Shown here: positions 26,903-37,038 of the stretch, one piece after another
Layout: the number at the start of each line of letters is the position of its first letter
How positions within the stretch are numbered: position 1 is the stretch's first letter
From: a virus
Strand: one strand, 5' to 3'
DNA: 64,000 bases
IMG/VR virus record: IMGVR_UViG_3300045988_121635
Made by a program: the position numbers and the translations under genes
The notes under the pieces: generated by a model
Told to the model about the DNA's origin: nothing
The model's input: the letters and a program-made list of their open reading frames with translations, nothing else
Databases searched by the model: none

Positions 26903-27435
26903 GAGGCGAAATTTGTCCTTATTGCGGAAGAGAAACTGAGCTGGTAAATGCCGATAAAATATATAGCAGAAAAGGCTTAGGGATGGTTATGATGTGCAAA
27001 CCATGCAACGCTTATGTCGGTGTTCATGAATCAGGGCCGAATAAGGGAAAAGCTAAAGGCCGGCTTGCGGGGCCATCACTGAGGTCTCTTAAGATAAGAG
27101 TCCATGCCGAACTTGACAGATTATGGTCTACGCCGGAGGAACGGGAAAGGATGTATAAAGATTTATCTGAATTTCTATCTATACCGGAAGAGTACACACA
27201 TATAGGTATGTTTGGCGAGAAGACGATGGGAAAAGTCTTTCAATTCTGTCATGTAAACAAAGAGCGATCAGGTTCGAGAATAGAATGGCATAAACCTGGA
27301 GATAAGTGCCCTAATAAAAACAATCAAATAGTGTCAGGAAGTAGCGCATGTAGAGGATGTCCTGAGTATCTCCATGATGAGAAAGATGGGTATGTCTGGT
27401 GTGATCCTGATATGAGCTACGGCAGGTTGAAATAG
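26869..27435 (+). CDS. hypothetical Zn-finger protein (CPYCG...CKPC...CRGC)
   Basis: ORF 188 aa. Confidence 0.5.
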   Translation: MELNERQQRVLRGEICPYCGRETELVNADKIYSRKGLGMVMMCKPCNAYVGVHESGPNKGKAKGRLAGPSLRSLKIRVHAELDRLWSTPEERERMYKDLSEFLSIPEEYTHIGMFGEKTMGKVFQFCHVNKERSGSRIEWHKPGDKCPNKNNQIVSGSSACRGCPEYLHDEKDGYVWCDPDMSYGRLK

Positions 27436-27487
27436 GGCGCGAATTGCCTATCTTTGTGCTATTATTAATCAAAAAAAATATAAGCAC

Positions 27488-27766
27488 ATGGGCAGATCAA
27501 CAGAGTACTACAGGACTCATCCAGAAGCCAGGAAGAAAAAGGCTAAAAAGGACAAGGAGATAAATGCCAGACCGGAACAGAAAGCCAAACGCCGGGAGCT
27601 TGGTCGTAAAAACTACGAAACGGACAAGAAGAAGGGCAAGGGCTGGAGGAAAGGCAAGGATTGTTCTCATACCAAGAACGGTCTTAGGTATAAATCAGTA
27701 AAAGCTAATAGGGGATCCAAGTCGGATACGAAAGGTGACAAAAATGCAAGAGGAGATAGCAAATAG
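27488..27766 (+). CDS. highly basic Lys/Arg-rich small protein (possible DNA-binding)
   Basis: ORF 92 aa; composition. Confidence 0.4.
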   Translation: MGRSTEYYRTHPEARKKKAKKDKEINARPEQKAKRRELGRKNYETDKKKGKGWRKGKDCSHTKNGLRYKSVKANRGSKSDTKGDKNARGDSK

Positions 27767-28862
27767 GATAGATATAAGAAGGATATTCAAGACCTCTAAA
27801 CAGGTTATGGAAGAGGCGTATGAGAATATCTTGAAATACAGGCGGGGAGAGCTTATCCCCGCTAAAACCGGATACGATTATATTGATGAGGCTTTGCTTG
27901 GAGGTATTTTTCCTCAGCACGCTATTGCCATAGGAGCCCGGCCATCTGTAGGTAAATCGTATGTGGCCCAAAAGATATTGGAAAATGTGATGAATCCGAT
28001 GATCAACCCGCAAGCAGAAGATTATTTTCTTGTTAATTGCGAGTTCGAAATGAATCCTCAAGATCTTCTTCTTCGTAGAATGAGCCAGGATATGAAAAAG
28101 CGAGCTCCTGAAATATTAAGAAGGCAAGATTCTAATACAGTAGAAGAGATGAGGATGTTTGAAATCCTTCAAGGTGAAATCAGGAATAATATAATATACA
28201 TCGATGCTCCGTGTACGGTAAAAGAGTTTGAGGCGGCTGTGTATCATATAGCTACCAAACACAAAGACAAACGTCTTATAATATTTAAAGTCGATCATAT
28301 TGCTTTGATAAAAAGAATGGGGTTAGATCCTAAGTCGGCTATAGATGATTTGGTGGCGGTTATGAACGAAGCTAAATTAGTATATAAAAACATATTTTTC
28401 CTCATCATATCCCAATTCAACAGAGAGATAGAAGGAAGGATAAAAAGCCCACAAGAGCAACCTCCGCGTCTTTCTGATTTTTACCAATCTGATACGCTGG
28501 GTCAGTTATGTACGTTAATGATAGGTTTGCACAATCCTCGTAGGTACGGGCTGGATAAGTATATGATATTTGGGAAAGATTGGTATCAGACTCTTGATAG
28601 GTTTAAAACTGAAAACAAAACATCATTCAGGACAGCCGGACTTGTGTTTCATCATATACTGAAGGTAAGGCAAGTTAGTATGGAAGAGCTTACTAATACA
28701 ATCCACCCAGAGATACTGCCGGGACATGGATGGATGTACGGGGAGGGCGGGACGAAGTTCGTGAACCCCAACCAGCCGCCGACGCCGCCTAAGCTCTATA
28801 CTGTGGAAGACGTTACGGACAATCAGGAACAAGAGACAAAAGAAGAACAGTCATTGTATTAA
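27735..28862 (+). CDS. DnaB-family replicative helicase-like protein (RecA-like C-terminal domain; GYDYIDEALLGG...GARPSVGKS Walker A)
   Basis: DnaB signature upstream of Walker A. Confidence 0.7.
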   Translation: MTKMQEEIANRIDIRRIFKTSKQVMEEAYENILKYRRGELIPAKTGYDYIDEALLGGIFPQHAIAIGARPSVGKSYVAQKILENVMNPMINPQAEDYFLVNCEFEMNPQDLLLRRMSQDMKKRAPEILRRQDSNTVEEMRMFEILQGEIRNNIIYIDAPCTVKEFEAAVYHIATKHKDKRLIIFKVDHIALIKRMGLDPKSAIDDLVAVMNEAKLVYKNIFFLIISQFNREIEGRIKSPQEQPPRLSDFYQSDTLGQLCTLMIGLHNPRRYGLDKYMIFGKDWYQTLDRFKTENKTSFRTAGLVFHHILKVRQVSMEELTNTIHPEILPGHGWMYGEGGTKFVNPNQPPTPPKLYTVEDVTDNQEQETKEEQSLY

Positions 28863-28876
28863 AAAAAATAAGAACC

Positions 28877-29479
28877 ATGAGACTAACAGTAGAAGAAAAC
28901 GAATACCTGATAAGTAAGTTCCTTTTGGTTCTTACTGAGTTTGCAGGGGATGAAAGAGAGATGTTTTTAATCAACTCCATACATGATAAGGCGGTGGCGG
29001 ATATGAATTATCGTCTTCCGTCTTTAATAAGCAGAGAACGTAAAAGACGAGTTATTGAGCTCCTTAAAGAAGGAACCAGAATAATCAAGGACTTTTCTGG
29101 CTATGCTGGTGATATGGGTATGATTAACGAATACGATCGTCTAAAGAAAGAAATAGGAACCGTCCAAGACCAGCTTGGTGACGTAGAAGGTCAACTTCGG
29201 GCAGCAGGAGAAGTTATTAAAAAAGAACTTGATATGATTGCTGACCGAATCAAAGAAGATCTTCTTGATCGAGAACTGGCTAAAAGTAATGCCGAGGCTG
29301 AAAGAAAAGCCAAAGTAGATCCGAGATACGAAGTAGCTTTAGGTGATTACAAGGAGATGCTGGAAGTGATTTTTACAACCAGAAACAAGTATTCTACGGT
29401 AGATTCTGTACATGACGATCTTCGACAGTCGGTATCTACCGGTAGAAATTCGATTATTAAAGAAGGGTACAACAGTTAA
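28877..29479 (+). CDS. hypothetical coiled-coil protein
   Basis: ORF 200 aa. Confidence 0.5.
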   Translation: MRLTVEENEYLISKFLLVLTEFAGDEREMFLINSIHDKAVADMNYRLPSLISRERKRRVIELLKEGTRIIKDFSGYAGDMGMINEYDRLKKEIGTVQDQLGDVEGQLRAAGEVIKKELDMIADRIKEDLLDRELAKSNAEAERKAKVDPRYEVALGDYKEMLEVIFTTRNKYSTVDSVHDDLRQSVSTGRNSIIKEGYNS

Positions 29480-29494
29480 AAACAAGGAGGGAAT

Positions 29495-29692
29495 ATGGAA
29501 AAGAAGGAATTTAAAGTAGGAGAAGTGTTTACTGCCGGACTTGTAAGATTAAAATGTGTGGAAGGTGATACATGCGATAGGTGTATATTTGAAAAATACA
29601 ATTATTGTTCATGTACAGACATGATTATTGGTCCATGTGAACATATTGATAGACAAGATAACAAGAATGTTATTTTCATTAAAGCTGATTAG
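29495..29692 (+). CDS. hypothetical Cys-rich small protein
   Basis: ORF 65 aa. Confidence 0.35.
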   Translation: MEKKEFKVGEVFTAGLVRLKCVEGDTCDRCIFEKYNYCSCTDMIIGPCEHIDRQDNKNVIFIKAD

Positions 29693-29694
29693 GT

Positions 29695-30408
29695 ATGTAC
29701 ATCAATTTCAGACAACTTGCAGCATCAGACATGACTCCTAATGATCTTGCTAATCTTCTTGCCATAAGACAGAAGGATACGGTTATGATCGAAGCCATGC
29801 CGGAAGAAGATGCTGGGAGGTATATAGAGCTTGGCCTGGTTGAGAAATTAAAATCAGGCGTGATGAGATTGACCAACAAAGGAACGTCTTTTGTGAATTA
29901 TATAGAGACACCGGAGATGACAGACGAGGTTCTGGAAACGTTGAAGATTATGATAGGAATGTACGAATCATATTCAAAAGACATAGGTGTCAGCAGAAAA
30001 GAAGCGGAATCCAGATTGTGTTGGTTTATGGGTAACACCTCATTCAAGAAAGAGGTCATACTTCAGGTAACGGAATCTTATATAGCAGAGTCAGGAGATT
30101 ATACAATGAGCTTATGCAACTTCATATGGAAACCGCCTTCTCAGGCTTTTTCAGTTCATATGAACCTTAAAAATTCAAAGCTCTTTGACTTAATAGCTGA
30201 AAAATTTAAGATCGCTACCGAGCCTTATTTGGAGTCTAAGAAGAATAAGGAAATGGATTGGTTGTTTGCCGTATCTAAATTGCCTACGCCGCCAGCTAAA
30301 GGCAATCCGGATTATTTGTTTACCGGAAGTTCTGAAACAGACAAAGAGCGATTGAAAAACATAAAAACGTATTTATTTAACAAAATTAGAAAGCAATGGA
30401 AAAAGTAA
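29695..30408 (+). CDS. hypothetical protein
   Basis: ORF 237 aa. Confidence 0.55.
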   Translation: MYINFRQLAASDMTPNDLANLLAIRQKDTVMIEAMPEEDAGRYIELGLVEKLKSGVMRLTNKGTSFVNYIETPEMTDEVLETLKIMIGMYESYSKDIGVSRKEAESRLCWFMGNTSFKKEVILQVTESYIAESGDYTMSLCNFIWKPPSQAFSVHMNLKNSKLFDLIAEKFKIATEPYLESKKNKEMDWLFAVSKLPTPPAKGNPDYLFTGSSETDKERLKNIKTYLFNKIRKQWKK

Positions 30409-30647
30409 GAATCAGAAAGATAATAGAGGATATAATTATTACTCAGTTTCTTAATTCGGAAATAGATATAGTTCATGAAGAAGATGTGACGTTTAAAGAA
30501 CTTGGATTAGATTCTGTTGATCAAATTGAACTGGAAGTGATGGTGGAACAAAAATTCAATATTGTTATTATTGATTATGATATGGAGACCATCAAAGATA
30601 TGACTGATCTTGTTTACAAAATAATAACAGAAGGGTATGGGAAGTGA
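30396..30647 (+). CDS. acyl carrier protein-like (PP-binding): LGLDSVDQIELEVMVEQKF matches ACP phosphopantetheine-attachment motif LGxDSLDxVEL
   Basis: aligns along full length with E. coli AcpP pattern incl. conserved Ser. Confidence 0.75.
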   Translation: MEKVRIRKIIEDIIITQFLNSEIDIVHEEDVTFKELGLDSVDQIELEVMVEQKFNIVIIDYDMETIKDMTDLVYKIITEGYGK

Positions 30648-31125
30648 TATAATTTTATGCATGGCTTTAATAGCATCATTTGCTTTTGTTATACAGTTTT
30701 TGTTGTCGATATTAGGATCTGATCTGGATACGGATATTGACAATGCTTCTGATTTAAGCATGTCTTTATCAGACATCATATCATTTAAGGGTATAACACA
30801 TTTTATTCTTGGATATAGCTGGACTACCTACTTTTCGGGTTCTCATTTAGTAGGGGTTGTGATAGGGTCGTTTTTCTTTATCGTTTTGTTTTACGTATAT
30901 AAGTTACTTCTTAAGTTAAAGCAAGAAATGGTGTACGAATGTCCGGAAGATTTAAACGGAAGAGAAGTGGAGATAGTATTTAGATCAGGGAAGAATCATT
31001 ATATGGTAAATATTTCGAAAAATGGAAGACAAGAGCAAATGAGAGTAAGATGCTTGTCTGGAAAAACCTACAAAAACGGCGACAAGGCGAATATAAAATA
31101 TGAAGAAGGAGAATTAAGTATCTAA
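30637..31125 (+). CDS. NfeD-like (YqiJ/YuaF-type) membrane protein: N-terminal TM helices + C-terminal OB-fold-like beta domain; start overlaps ACP stop
   Basis: architecture and position immediately upstream of flotillin gene. Confidence 0.65.
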   Translation: MGSDIILCMALIASFAFVIQFLLSILGSDLDTDIDNASDLSMSLSDIISFKGITHFILGYSWTTYFSGSHLVGVVIGSFFFIVLFYVYKLLLKLKQEMVYECPEDLNGREVEIVFRSGKNHYMVNISKNGRQEQMRVRCLSGKTYKNGDKANIKYEEGELSI

Positions 31126-31157
31126 TTTTTTTTATCAACAATTAAATTTTAAAAGTT

Positions 31158-32858
31158 ATGACAACAATCATGTACGTGTCAGCTATCTTAGCTGTAGTGA
31201 TTATTTTGACAATCATCGGAGTCTTATCAAGGTATCGTAGATGTAAGCCTAATCAGGTCTTGGTCGTTTATGGTAAGACAGGTGGGGAAAAGAAATCGGC
31301 GAAATTATATCATGGTGGAGCGGCATTTGTCTTGCCTATTATTCAAAGCTATGATGTTTTGTCAATGGAGCCTATGCAAATAGATTGCAAGCTTACCGGT
31401 GCTTTGTCATCTCAGAATATTAGAGTAGATGTACCTACGACCATTACAGTAGCTATCAGTACAAATCCCGAAATCATGCAAAATGCGGCAGAAAGACTTT
31501 TGGGGATGGATACCGAATCTACTGAAAATCTTATTACGGACATCGTTTACGGTCAGATGCGTTTGATTATTGCTGAAATGACAATCGAAAAACTTAATTC
31601 TGACAGGGATGAGTTTTTGGATAAGGCAAGAAAGAACATTGATAACGAGCTTAATAAGTTAGGTCTTTACCTCCTGAACATCAACATCAGTGACATCAGA
31701 GACGAAGCCGGTTATATTATGAACCTTGGTAAGGAGGCTGAAAGTAGGGCTCTGAACGAAGCACAGGCTAATATCGAAGAGCAGGAGAAGCTGGGTGCTA
31801 TTAAGATTGCTGTACAGCAGAAGGAGAAAGAAACGGCTGTGGCTAATACCAAAAAAGAACAAGAGATTCAAATTGCTTGTACTGAAAAAGAAAAGGAAAC
31901 GATAGTAGCTGAAACGAAGAAAGAAAAAGAAATAGCCTTGGCTTTAACCGATAAAGAGAAACAGATCGGTGTAGCTCAAGCAGATAGAGACAGGGCTGCG
32001 GTTATCGCAAAAACTTTAACCGACAAGGAATCGGCGATCGTAAGATCTAAGGCAGAACTTGAAGTAAATAAAGCCGAGGCTGAAAGGATGGAAGAAGTCG
32101 GAAAGAATAAGGCTGAAGCTGACAAGGAAGCGGCTATAGCAATACAAGACTCTGAAGCTCAGATTAAGAAGGCTGAGGCTGAGAAAAATGCGTCTATAGG
32201 ATACAACAATGCCCAGAAGGAGGTTGCTGTGTCAGTATCAGAACTACAGATCATCAAAGCTCAATCAGAAAAGAAGGCCGGAGAAGAAAAAGTTAAATCG
32301 GAAGCGGCTGTAAAAACAGCAAAAGAGCTTGCCGACAAAGAAGTGGAAGAAGCTAAGGCTAAGAAAGTTCAGGCTGCGCTTAAGGCTGAAAAGATTGTGC
32401 CGGCTGAAACCCAGAAGGAAGAGGCTATCTTGCAAGCTGATGCCGAGGCCGAGAAGATCAAACGCCGGGCTGAGGCTGAGGCATCAGCACATTTGGCAAA
32501 AGCTGAGGCAGAGGCAAAAGCTATTCAGATGAAACTGGAGGCAGAAGCCGAAGGTAAGAAAAAGTCGTTAATGGCAGAAGCCGACGGATTTAAGGCTATG
32601 GTGGAAGCAGCAGAATCCAATCCTCAGATCGCCATCCAGTACAAGATGGTTAATCAGTGGAAAGAAATTGCTGGAGAACAGGTTAAAGCATTTGAGCACA
32701 TTAACCTCGGAAATATCACGGTATTTGACGGCGGTCAGAACAGCACCGGTAATTTCCTTAATAATGTTGTCAAGACCGTCGCTCCGGCATTGGGAGTCAT
32801 TGATCAGCTTCCGATTGCAGATACTTTAAAGAAGTTAAAAGGAGATGACAAAAAATAA
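31158..32858 (+). CDS. flotillin-like SPFH/Band-7 protein (FloT/YqiK-type): N-terminal TM, SPFH domain, long Ala/Glu/Lys-rich coiled-coil
   Basis: 566 aa; SPFH-like region QVLVVYGKTGG...; EA-repeat coiled coil. Confidence 0.8.
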   Translation: MTTIMYVSAILAVVIILTIIGVLSRYRRCKPNQVLVVYGKTGGEKKSAKLYHGGAAFVLPIIQSYDVLSMEPMQIDCKLTGALSSQNIRVDVPTTITVAISTNPEIMQNAAERLLGMDTESTENLITDIVYGQMRLIIAEMTIEKLNSDRDEFLDKARKNIDNELNKLGLYLLNINISDIRDEAGYIMNLGKEAESRALNEAQANIEEQEKLGAIKIAVQQKEKETAVANTKKEQEIQIACTEKEKETIVAETKKEKEIALALTDKEKQIGVAQADRDRAAVIAKTLTDKESAIVRSKAELEVNKAEAERMEEVGKNKAEADKEAAIAIQDSEAQIKKAEAEKNASIGYNNAQKEVAVSVSELQIIKAQSEKKAGEEKVKSEAAVKTAKELADKEVEEAKAKKVQAALKAEKIVPAETQKEEAILQADAEAEKIKRRAEAEASAHLAKAEAEAKAIQMKLEAEAEGKKKSLMAEADGFKAMVEAAESNPQIAIQYKMVNQWKEIAGEQVKAFEHINLGNITVFDGGQNSTGNFLNNVVKTVAPALGVIDQLPIADTLKKLKGDDKK

Positions 32859-32865
32859 ATACAAT

Positions 32866-32887
32866 GGCCCAAGGTTACACTTGGGCC
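32866..32887 (+). terminator. hairpin GGCCCAAG-GTTACA-CTTGGGCC immediately after flotillin stop
   Basis: 8-bp perfect stem read directly. Confidence 0.5.
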
Positions 32888-33021
32888 TAATTGAAGAAGC
32901 AAAAGCAGCATTCATAGATTTCATGCCGGCAGGGACAGTGATTTTAAGTGCTTTACTAATTACGATATTTTTAACATGGATTTTGGACAAGATTTAGAAC
33001 CAGAAGAACTGACCAAGCATT

Positions 33022-33381
33022 ATGATCAGTGTTATGGAATTGATTTTGAAACAGAAGAAGAGGAGGATGAAGAGTATGACTGACGAGGAATTTGTATTGG
33101 ATAATAAGAAAAAGGTTGTTGTAAGAAAAAGAATATCTTATTTAAACAAAGGAGATAAAGTATGGATTGTGTCTTCCGACGGGTATCTGCTGCACACGGA
33201 CGTAGTTAGAGCCGAACGCGGACGGTCTTATGTGGATATAGACGGGATTCTGTATTGGAAGCGAGGATTAGATGGTAAGCATCGTAATCGTAATAACTAC
33301 ATGCAGTTTGCCATGACACCAGAAGACGGTAAGAAGTATGTCGTATATTACCCGGAAGGATTTAAAGACAATGACTTATGA
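33022..33381 (+). CDS. hypothetical protein
   Basis: ORF 119 aa; ATGA overlap. Confidence 0.45.
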   Translation: MISVMELILKQKKRRMKSMTDEEFVLDNKKKVVVRKRISYLNKGDKVWIVSSDGYLLHTDVVRAERGRSYVDIDGILYWKRGLDGKHRNRNNYMQFAMTPEDGKKYVVYYPEGFKDNDL

Positions 33382-34397
33382 TGGTCCCGGAAACACATTT
33401 GCTATATAAGGAGTTTAATGGTGTGAAACGTCTTGCCATATCTTATTCCCAGATAGATACGTTTCTTACTTGTCCAATGAAATGGTATAAGACTTACGTA
33501 GAGGGTAAAAGGTCTACAGAAAAACAAGAAGCTACATCTTATGGTACGGTTATCCATAAAACACTGGAATACTTCTTTAAGAACGGAAGACAGCCTTCTG
33601 GTAAAGACCTTGGAGAAGCGATAAGTTACTATTCCTATCAAGAAGACATACCTTGGCAATCACCAGAAAATATGATGATAGCCATGAAACAATCTGGGGA
33701 GCTTCTTGCTTGGATTGTGGATCTGTTCAAAAAAGACGGCAATAGGTTTATGATAGCTGATAGTGATCTTAATCCCTGTGAGAAACTTATCAGACACGGT
33801 GCTATAGTTGGAGTAGAAGAAGATTTTGTGCTGCCGTATCGTCTTCCTAAGCCTGTTGATATAAATGGTGACGTTCATACACATGTGTACATAGTAGGAT
33901 CAGTAGACCTTCATCTGGCTATAAAAAGCAAGAACGTAGTTCACCATTATGTCATAGATTGGAAATCAGGGAATAAGGTTTTTGATTCTAAGAAGTTGGA
34001 AACGAATTTACAGCATCCTATATATTCATTTTACATCTATAGAAAATATGGTGGGGTTCTGCCGGATATGAACATCTATTTCTTTACCAGGACCAGACAA
34101 TACCAAAAGGTTAAAGTTGATGAGGAACGTAAAACAAAATCTATAGAAATGCTAAATGACACTTTATCCAAAATGTATGATTTTGAAGATAATAGTGTAA
34201 AAACATTTCAAGCGTACATCCAGGGAGCAGAAGGAGCCAGGTATAGCAAGCGGCGCGCCACCCTAAGTCAGCCTGTTCCGCAAAACAAGCTGCCCTGCCC
34301 GTCAGCACTGTGTTATTATTGTGACTTTGGATTACATAACAAAAACGAATGCCCTTTCTCTTCGGATTGGGATCCGTCTAAAAAGATAAAACGATGA
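33378..34397 (+). CDS. Cas4/RecB-like PD-(D/E)xK exonuclease with C-terminal 4-Cys cluster (SYSQIDTFLTCPMKWYKTYV...VIDWKSG...CPSALCYYCDFGLHNKNECP)
   Basis: classic N-terminal motif, D-x-K core and Cys cluster. Confidence 0.8.
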   Translation: MMVPETHLLYKEFNGVKRLAISYSQIDTFLTCPMKWYKTYVEGKRSTEKQEATSYGTVIHKTLEYFFKNGRQPSGKDLGEAISYYSYQEDIPWQSPENMMIAMKQSGELLAWIVDLFKKDGNRFMIADSDLNPCEKLIRHGAIVGVEEDFVLPYRLPKPVDINGDVHTHVYIVGSVDLHLAIKSKNVVHHYVIDWKSGNKVFDSKKLETNLQHPIYSFYIYRKYGGVLPDMNIYFFTRTRQYQKVKVDEERKTKSIEMLNDTLSKMYDFEDNSVKTFQAYIQGAEGARYSKRRATLSQPVPQNKLPCPSALCYYCDFGLHNKNECPFSSDWDPSKKIKR

Positions 34398-34536
34398 AAT
34401 ATGAGGATGTTCAAAAGTTAAGAACAAAATACCGGCAAGATCCGGAAGTTATAAACTTGACATACATGAGAGACGTTGCTGTACGATGCGGGAATTTCAA
34501 GAAAGCGTTTGAGCTTCAGGAGAAGCTGGAGGATAT

Positions 34537-34893
34537 ATGGTTCAACTATTTAAAAGGAGTGTAATGAAAGAAGATCTAATATGTGGAGTAGCGATCCTTT
34601 TGTATTTAGTTTTATTATACTTACTCACGACAGCTTTCATAAAAACAGGTAGAGCAATAGATCGTTATAAGATGAAGAAGAAAACTGACAAAATAAAAGT
34701 CGGTCAAAGATACGAACATAAGAGCTACTTTGAGGATCCATTTGAAAGAGGCAAGCATGTGATTAAGATATTAGACATAAAAGAAGGGTACGCTCTATAT
34801 GAGTACGAAGAAAAACTATATATACGTTCTTCTGTGAGTCTTGAAGATATTGTTAAAAGATATGTTTTAATTACTGATGTTAAACACAAGTAA
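34537..34893 (+). CDS. hypothetical protein with N-terminal TM helix
   Basis: ORF 118 aa. Confidence 0.45.
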   Translation: MVQLFKRSVMKEDLICGVAILLYLVLLYLLTTAFIKTGRAIDRYKMKKKTDKIKVGQRYEHKSYFEDPFERGKHVIKILDIKEGYALYEYEEKLYIRSSVSLEDIVKRYVLITDVKHK

Positions 34894-34896
34894 GTC

Positions 34897-35274
34897 ATGA
34901 AAAAAGAAGTTACAATCAAGGAAGATATGGCTGCGTTTTATAAAAATGCAGGAAAGGAACTATGGATTTATAACGGACTTTTCAGAAACAAGGTATTGTC
35001 TATAAAAAAAGATAAAGCCATTATCATGTGTGAAACCAATGCTGAATATGCTGTACTGATAGAAGATAATCAGTTTATTACCGTAGCAAAAAACATGGAT
35101 TATGATTACTGCTGCGCATTCACATTAGGTAATGCCGAGGCTTATGGAGATCGTATGGGCATATCGTGCAGTGTATGCTTGCTTGAAGATAACGAAGATA
35201 AAGCAAGGGAGATGTTGAAAGAGGCGATAATAGAACTTTCAAAAAATAATATAATAGATTGTGATGGGCTTTGA
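34897..35274 (+). CDS. hypothetical protein
   Basis: ORF 125 aa. Confidence 0.45.
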   Translation: MKKEVTIKEDMAAFYKNAGKELWIYNGLFRNKVLSIKKDKAIIMCETNAEYAVLIEDNQFITVAKNMDYDYCCAFTLGNAEAYGDRMGISCSVCLLEDNEDKAREMLKEAIIELSKNNIIDCDGL

Positions 35275-36685
35275 ACTTAGACCTTACCAAAAAGAGGCAG
35301 TAGATGCCGGGCTTAAGTTTCTTACAGGAAGATCTAAGAAGCCTGGCATAATCGTAGCCCCATGCGGATGTGGAAAGAGCCTTCTGATATCCAAGATAGC
35401 ACATGAAATAAATAGACCGACATTAGTATTACAGCCCTCAAAAGAGATTCTGGAGCAGAATTATGCGAAGGCCGTATCATTCGGTTCTGAACCTACTATA
35501 TATTCTGCTTCATGTGGTATAAAGGAGCTGTCGGCTATGACTTATGCAACATTAAAGAGCATAAAGAAAGATGTAGCGAGGTTGAAGGATATAGGGATAG
35601 ATACCTTATTGATAGACGAATGTCATTCAGGATATTCTCCTGAAGAAGGTTCTGAATTTATGGAGTTTATGAACGGGTTTCCAGAGGCGAAGGTGCTGGG
35701 CTTCACCGCCACTCCCTGCCGCCTCCGAACCTACAGTTCCATGCTGGAAGGAAACTACAGCAAGCTCAATATGTTGACGAAAGACGAGCATAACTTCTTC
35801 AAGAAAATAGTTCATGTGACTCAAATACAAGAACTAACTTCTCAAGGGTTTTGGTGTCCACTTAAGTACGAACGATGGTCTTTTGATGAATCGGCTCTGA
35901 TGTTAAACAGTACCGGAGCTGAATACACCAACGAATCTATTAAAGAAAGTATTGTACGAAACGGCTTAAACAACTCTATCTACAAGCGCCTTCTTCAACT
36001 TATGAACGAGCGTAAAGCCATTTTGGTTTGCATGGATTCTATCGAATCATGTAATAGAATATCAGAGTTCATGAATGCCAGGATGGGAGCCATAACCGGT
36101 GTCGTAACATCGCTAACAACCAAAAAGAAAAGAGAACAAATTATATCCGATTTCAAAGAAGGTAAGTTGAAGGTGGTTTTTAATTATTCAACGCTTGCTA
36201 CCGGATTTGATTTTCCTGAACTTGATTGTGTGATATTTGGTCGCCCAACTTTCTCATATTCAACTTATTACCAAATATTAGGCCGCGCCGTACGCATCCA
36301 TCCTGACAAGAAAGAGGCGCTGATAGTTGATTGCTGCGACAACATGAGACGCTTTGGTCGGATAGAAGACCTGACAATCGAACAATTCCCTTCTAAGGGC
36401 TGGTGTATGTTTGCCGGCGATCAACTTCTGTCCAATATAAGGATGGGTGATATTATTACCAAAGACGAGATCCTTCGCCGGGCAGCCTCGCTTAAATCTG
36501 TGAATGGAGATGGTAGGAGAGAAGACGATCTTGACAGTATAATAATGTGGTTTGGAAAATATGAAGGAATTAGATTCAAGGACATACCGGTGTCTTATTT
36601 TAGGTTCTTGGCTGAGAATATGGCAGTAAAACCAGGAGATAGAAAAGAAAAGATTATCGAATATTATAATAGGATAAAGGCATGA
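35261..36685 (+). CDS. superfamily-2 DEAD/DEAH-box helicase (PYQ Q-motif, GCGKS Walker A, DECH Walker B, TATP motif III)
   Basis: helicase motifs I, II, III in order. Confidence 0.8.
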   Translation: MMGFELRPYQKEAVDAGLKFLTGRSKKPGIIVAPCGCGKSLLISKIAHEINRPTLVLQPSKEILEQNYAKAVSFGSEPTIYSASCGIKELSAMTYATLKSIKKDVARLKDIGIDTLLIDECHSGYSPEEGSEFMEFMNGFPEAKVLGFTATPCRLRTYSSMLEGNYSKLNMLTKDEHNFFKKIVHVTQIQELTSQGFWCPLKYERWSFDESALMLNSTGAEYTNESIKESIVRNGLNNSIYKRLLQLMNERKAILVCMDSIESCNRISEFMNARMGAITGVVTSLTTKKKREQIISDFKEGKLKVVFNYSTLATGFDFPELDCVIFGRPTFSYSTYYQILGRAVRIHPDKKEALIVDCCDNMRRFGRIEDLTIEQFPSKGWCMFAGDQLLSNIRMGDIITKDEILRRAASLKSVNGDGRREDDLDSIIMWFGKYEGIRFKDIPVSYFRFLAENMAVKPGDRKEKIIEYYNRIKA

Positions 36686-37038
36686 ACAACAAGAGAAGAA
36701 AAAAAATATTGGATGTTATTAACAACGTAAATAAGTATAAAACGGATTTTGAATACATCAAATCAAAGTTGTCGGAGTTGAAGTGCAACATAAATTCAGC
36801 CAAAGATGATGTTGATATGATTTTAGACGAAGAGACTGAGGCGAGAGATAATATACCGGAATCGTTACAAGACTCAGAAAGATATTGGGAGTCAGATCAG
36901 GCTGTAACTGATATGGAGGAGGTGGTTGATGACATGGAAAGTATTATAAATGATATAGATGATGTGATTTCGACCATAGATGGGAGCATTAAAACCATAA
37001 ATGGTTCTATTAAAGTAAATTTGGAAGGAATAATATAA
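36682..37038 (+). CDS. hypothetical acidic protein
   Basis: ORF 118 aa. Confidence 0.45.
   Translation: MNNKRRKKILDVINNVNKYKTDFEYIKSKLSELKCNINSAKDDVDMILDEETEARDNIPESLQDSERYWESDQAVTDMEEVVDDMESIINDIDDVISTIDGSIKTINGSIKVNLEGII

Noticed and set aside
32329-32532. Lys/Arg-rich 67-aa ORF in an alternate frame inside the flotillin gene
   Set aside because: It is an artifact of the GCT/GAG-rich coiled-coil coding repeat.
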